Assembly (NCBI GenBank): GCA_028534125.1 | Contig: CM052817.1 | Span: 26,290,001 to 26,354,000, forward strand | Source of the DNA: Lama glama | Taxonomy: Eukaryota | Length of the DNA: 64,000 nucleotides | Direction: 5' to 3' | In this document: piece by piece, positions 62,174-64,000 of the stretch | Numbering within the stretch: position 1 is the first letter of the stretch | How the letters are laid out: each line of letters starts with the position of its first letter | Program-made: the position numbers and the translations under genes | The notes under the pieces: model-generated | The model's input: only the letters and a program-made list of their open reading frames with translations | The model's database searches: none | Told to the model about the DNA's origin: nothing

Positions 62174-64000
62174 TTCTAGAATACAGAGTTTATAGGAGTG
62201 ATTGACAGGAGATGAGGGTAGAGGGTAAGCAGTGTTCACACTGAATGCTGCAGATGTTGAGCAGAGTGGTAGTTTAAAAGGATGAAATGAGGTAATAGGA
62301 GACTAAAGCTGTTTACAGTGAAAGTGAAGTAAGGTAAAAATACAACCAAACGGAAAAAAATGCAAGAATATGTCAGATATTTAAAGCAGTTTTTAAAAAT
62401 ATGTTTATTTATCTGAAATTCTTTATTTGCTTTTCAATTTAAAATGTAAATAGCTAAGTCTATCCTGAATAATTTCACAAATTAAAAACTTGAATCTTCC
62501 ATGTACCTCTGGTCACAGAGAAATTTTAACAATACATCATAATTACTGTGAAACAAAAAAATGTTACTTTAATTTATTTTAGTGTTTTTCCAGATATCAC
62601 TGATATCTTGGCTAAAACTTGAATATATTTAGGCATAGGATAATGGCATACTTATCTAGTGAACAAAATGAATTTGACGTGTTTTATAGATGACTGATGA
62701 CAAAAAAATGTGAAGTCTCAATCATTTTGGCCTAGTATGACCAAGATGTTAGTGATTAACTTGTTTGTCATACTAATTTAAAGATTTTAGTTGAATTTTG
62801 CCTGATATCTTAGACTCCAAGCACATCTCTCTTCAACTTATAGTGTGAACTCTTACCTGCATTATTAATTATATTAACTTTCTTAAAATTGTTTTATCAA
62901 AATTAAGGATTGTTTACTGAGAAAGGACACAAACTAAAACTAAATGTTTTGAAATATGAAAAAAACTACTGATATAAAAAACATGGGTAAATCTTAGTGA
63001 TATAATATGATTATCTGTTTATAAAGTTCAAAAGCAAAGTTTAGGTTGTTGGTTATCCCTGGAGGGGAACTCAGGGAACACAGTGGGACAAGATGGGAGA
63101 ATGAATGCATAGGTAGATATATTCTTGTTAAAGCTTTATTCTTGGGTGGAGTGGTGGCTTCACATAAGTTTATTATATGATAAATGAATGAATGAACAAA
63201 TGAGAGCAACCCATGGAGCAATGAGGATTGTGTTTATAACCTAAGGATTATAATTAATACAATTCAGGGCACCTGAGGTCCAAAAGGGAAAAAAAGACAA
63301 ACACAAGAAATTTCAAAAACTATATACATTATAATTTAATATTTTTTGAAATTACATCCCCCCAAATCAAAGAAATTCTGCCCCCATGATAATTTTTTTC
63401 TAATGGTGACAGTAAAATGAGAAATTATTTGGAGTTATATTTAATACAAAGGGCACTTTGCAGCCCTTCCTCAAGTTGCTAATATTTGGATGATGAATGA
63501 TTATAAAACTGAAAGAATTTTCAGAGTAATTAAACTTTCAACAATCACATTAAAGTGTATTTTTATTATGAAGCTTGGGATATCAGCCTCCTATTGTTTT
63601 ACATGATTAAAATAAATAAGAAAGTAAACTATGACAAATACTTCTTCATGACAGTAAAGGCAGAAGAGATTCATTTATAGAAATGTATTAGAGAGGATAA
63701 TCACTGCCTGCCTTCCTGCAAACTCTTTTAAGAGAGTTGTTCCTACCCCAGCCCTGTATATTCACTCTCTCTCATGCAGAGTTGAGAGCTGCCTAAGCCT
63801 GCAGTGACACCTGAACCAAGAAAATGCAGTCCACAGGCTGAGCTGAGCCAAACAAAGTATCACAAGAGGCTGTGAACTAATACTCAGCAAAAGAACTTTT
63901 AGTTGAATTACATCAGTGTAATCAGTAAAGATCTTTAGCTCTCTACCTATGAGTATGCTGAAGAAACCTGAGCTGCCCTAATTTTTGTCCTGATAGTTCA

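Overview
Mammalian genomic DNA, most likely a camelid (six copies of a tRNA-Ala-derived SINE resembling the camelid vic-1 family, plus a young lineage-specific L1 3'-UTR family). The window holds the 5' part of the cohesin regulator gene PDS5A on the minus strand. This comprises a CpG-island promoter with non-coding exon 1 (~57.5-59.3 kb) and coding exons 2-11 (1,236 nt, 412 codons, all GT-AG, phases consistent), and the gene runs off the left edge. Intron 2 (~37.6 kb) and the rest of the window are dense with L1, L2, MIR, SINE, LTR and DNA-transposon remnants, and there is one 100-N gap. No prokaryote-type system is present. The best leads are: (1) a TSD-flanked L1 that joins ORF1 directly to the ORF2 3' end at a splice-acceptor-like site (candidate spliced, ORF2-less L1); (2) an L1 carrying ~260 bp of apparent 3'-transduced DNA; (3) two AUGA-coupled uORFs in the PDS5A leader, the second spanning the exon 1/2 junction and in frame with the main ORF; (4) an unexplained 55-bp direct repeat bracketing exon 9; (5) a tailless, 3'-truncated 7SK retrocopy; (6) two SINEs inserted serially at one target site. 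Repeat family names come from recalled consensus sequences and need RepeatMasker/Dfam confirmation.
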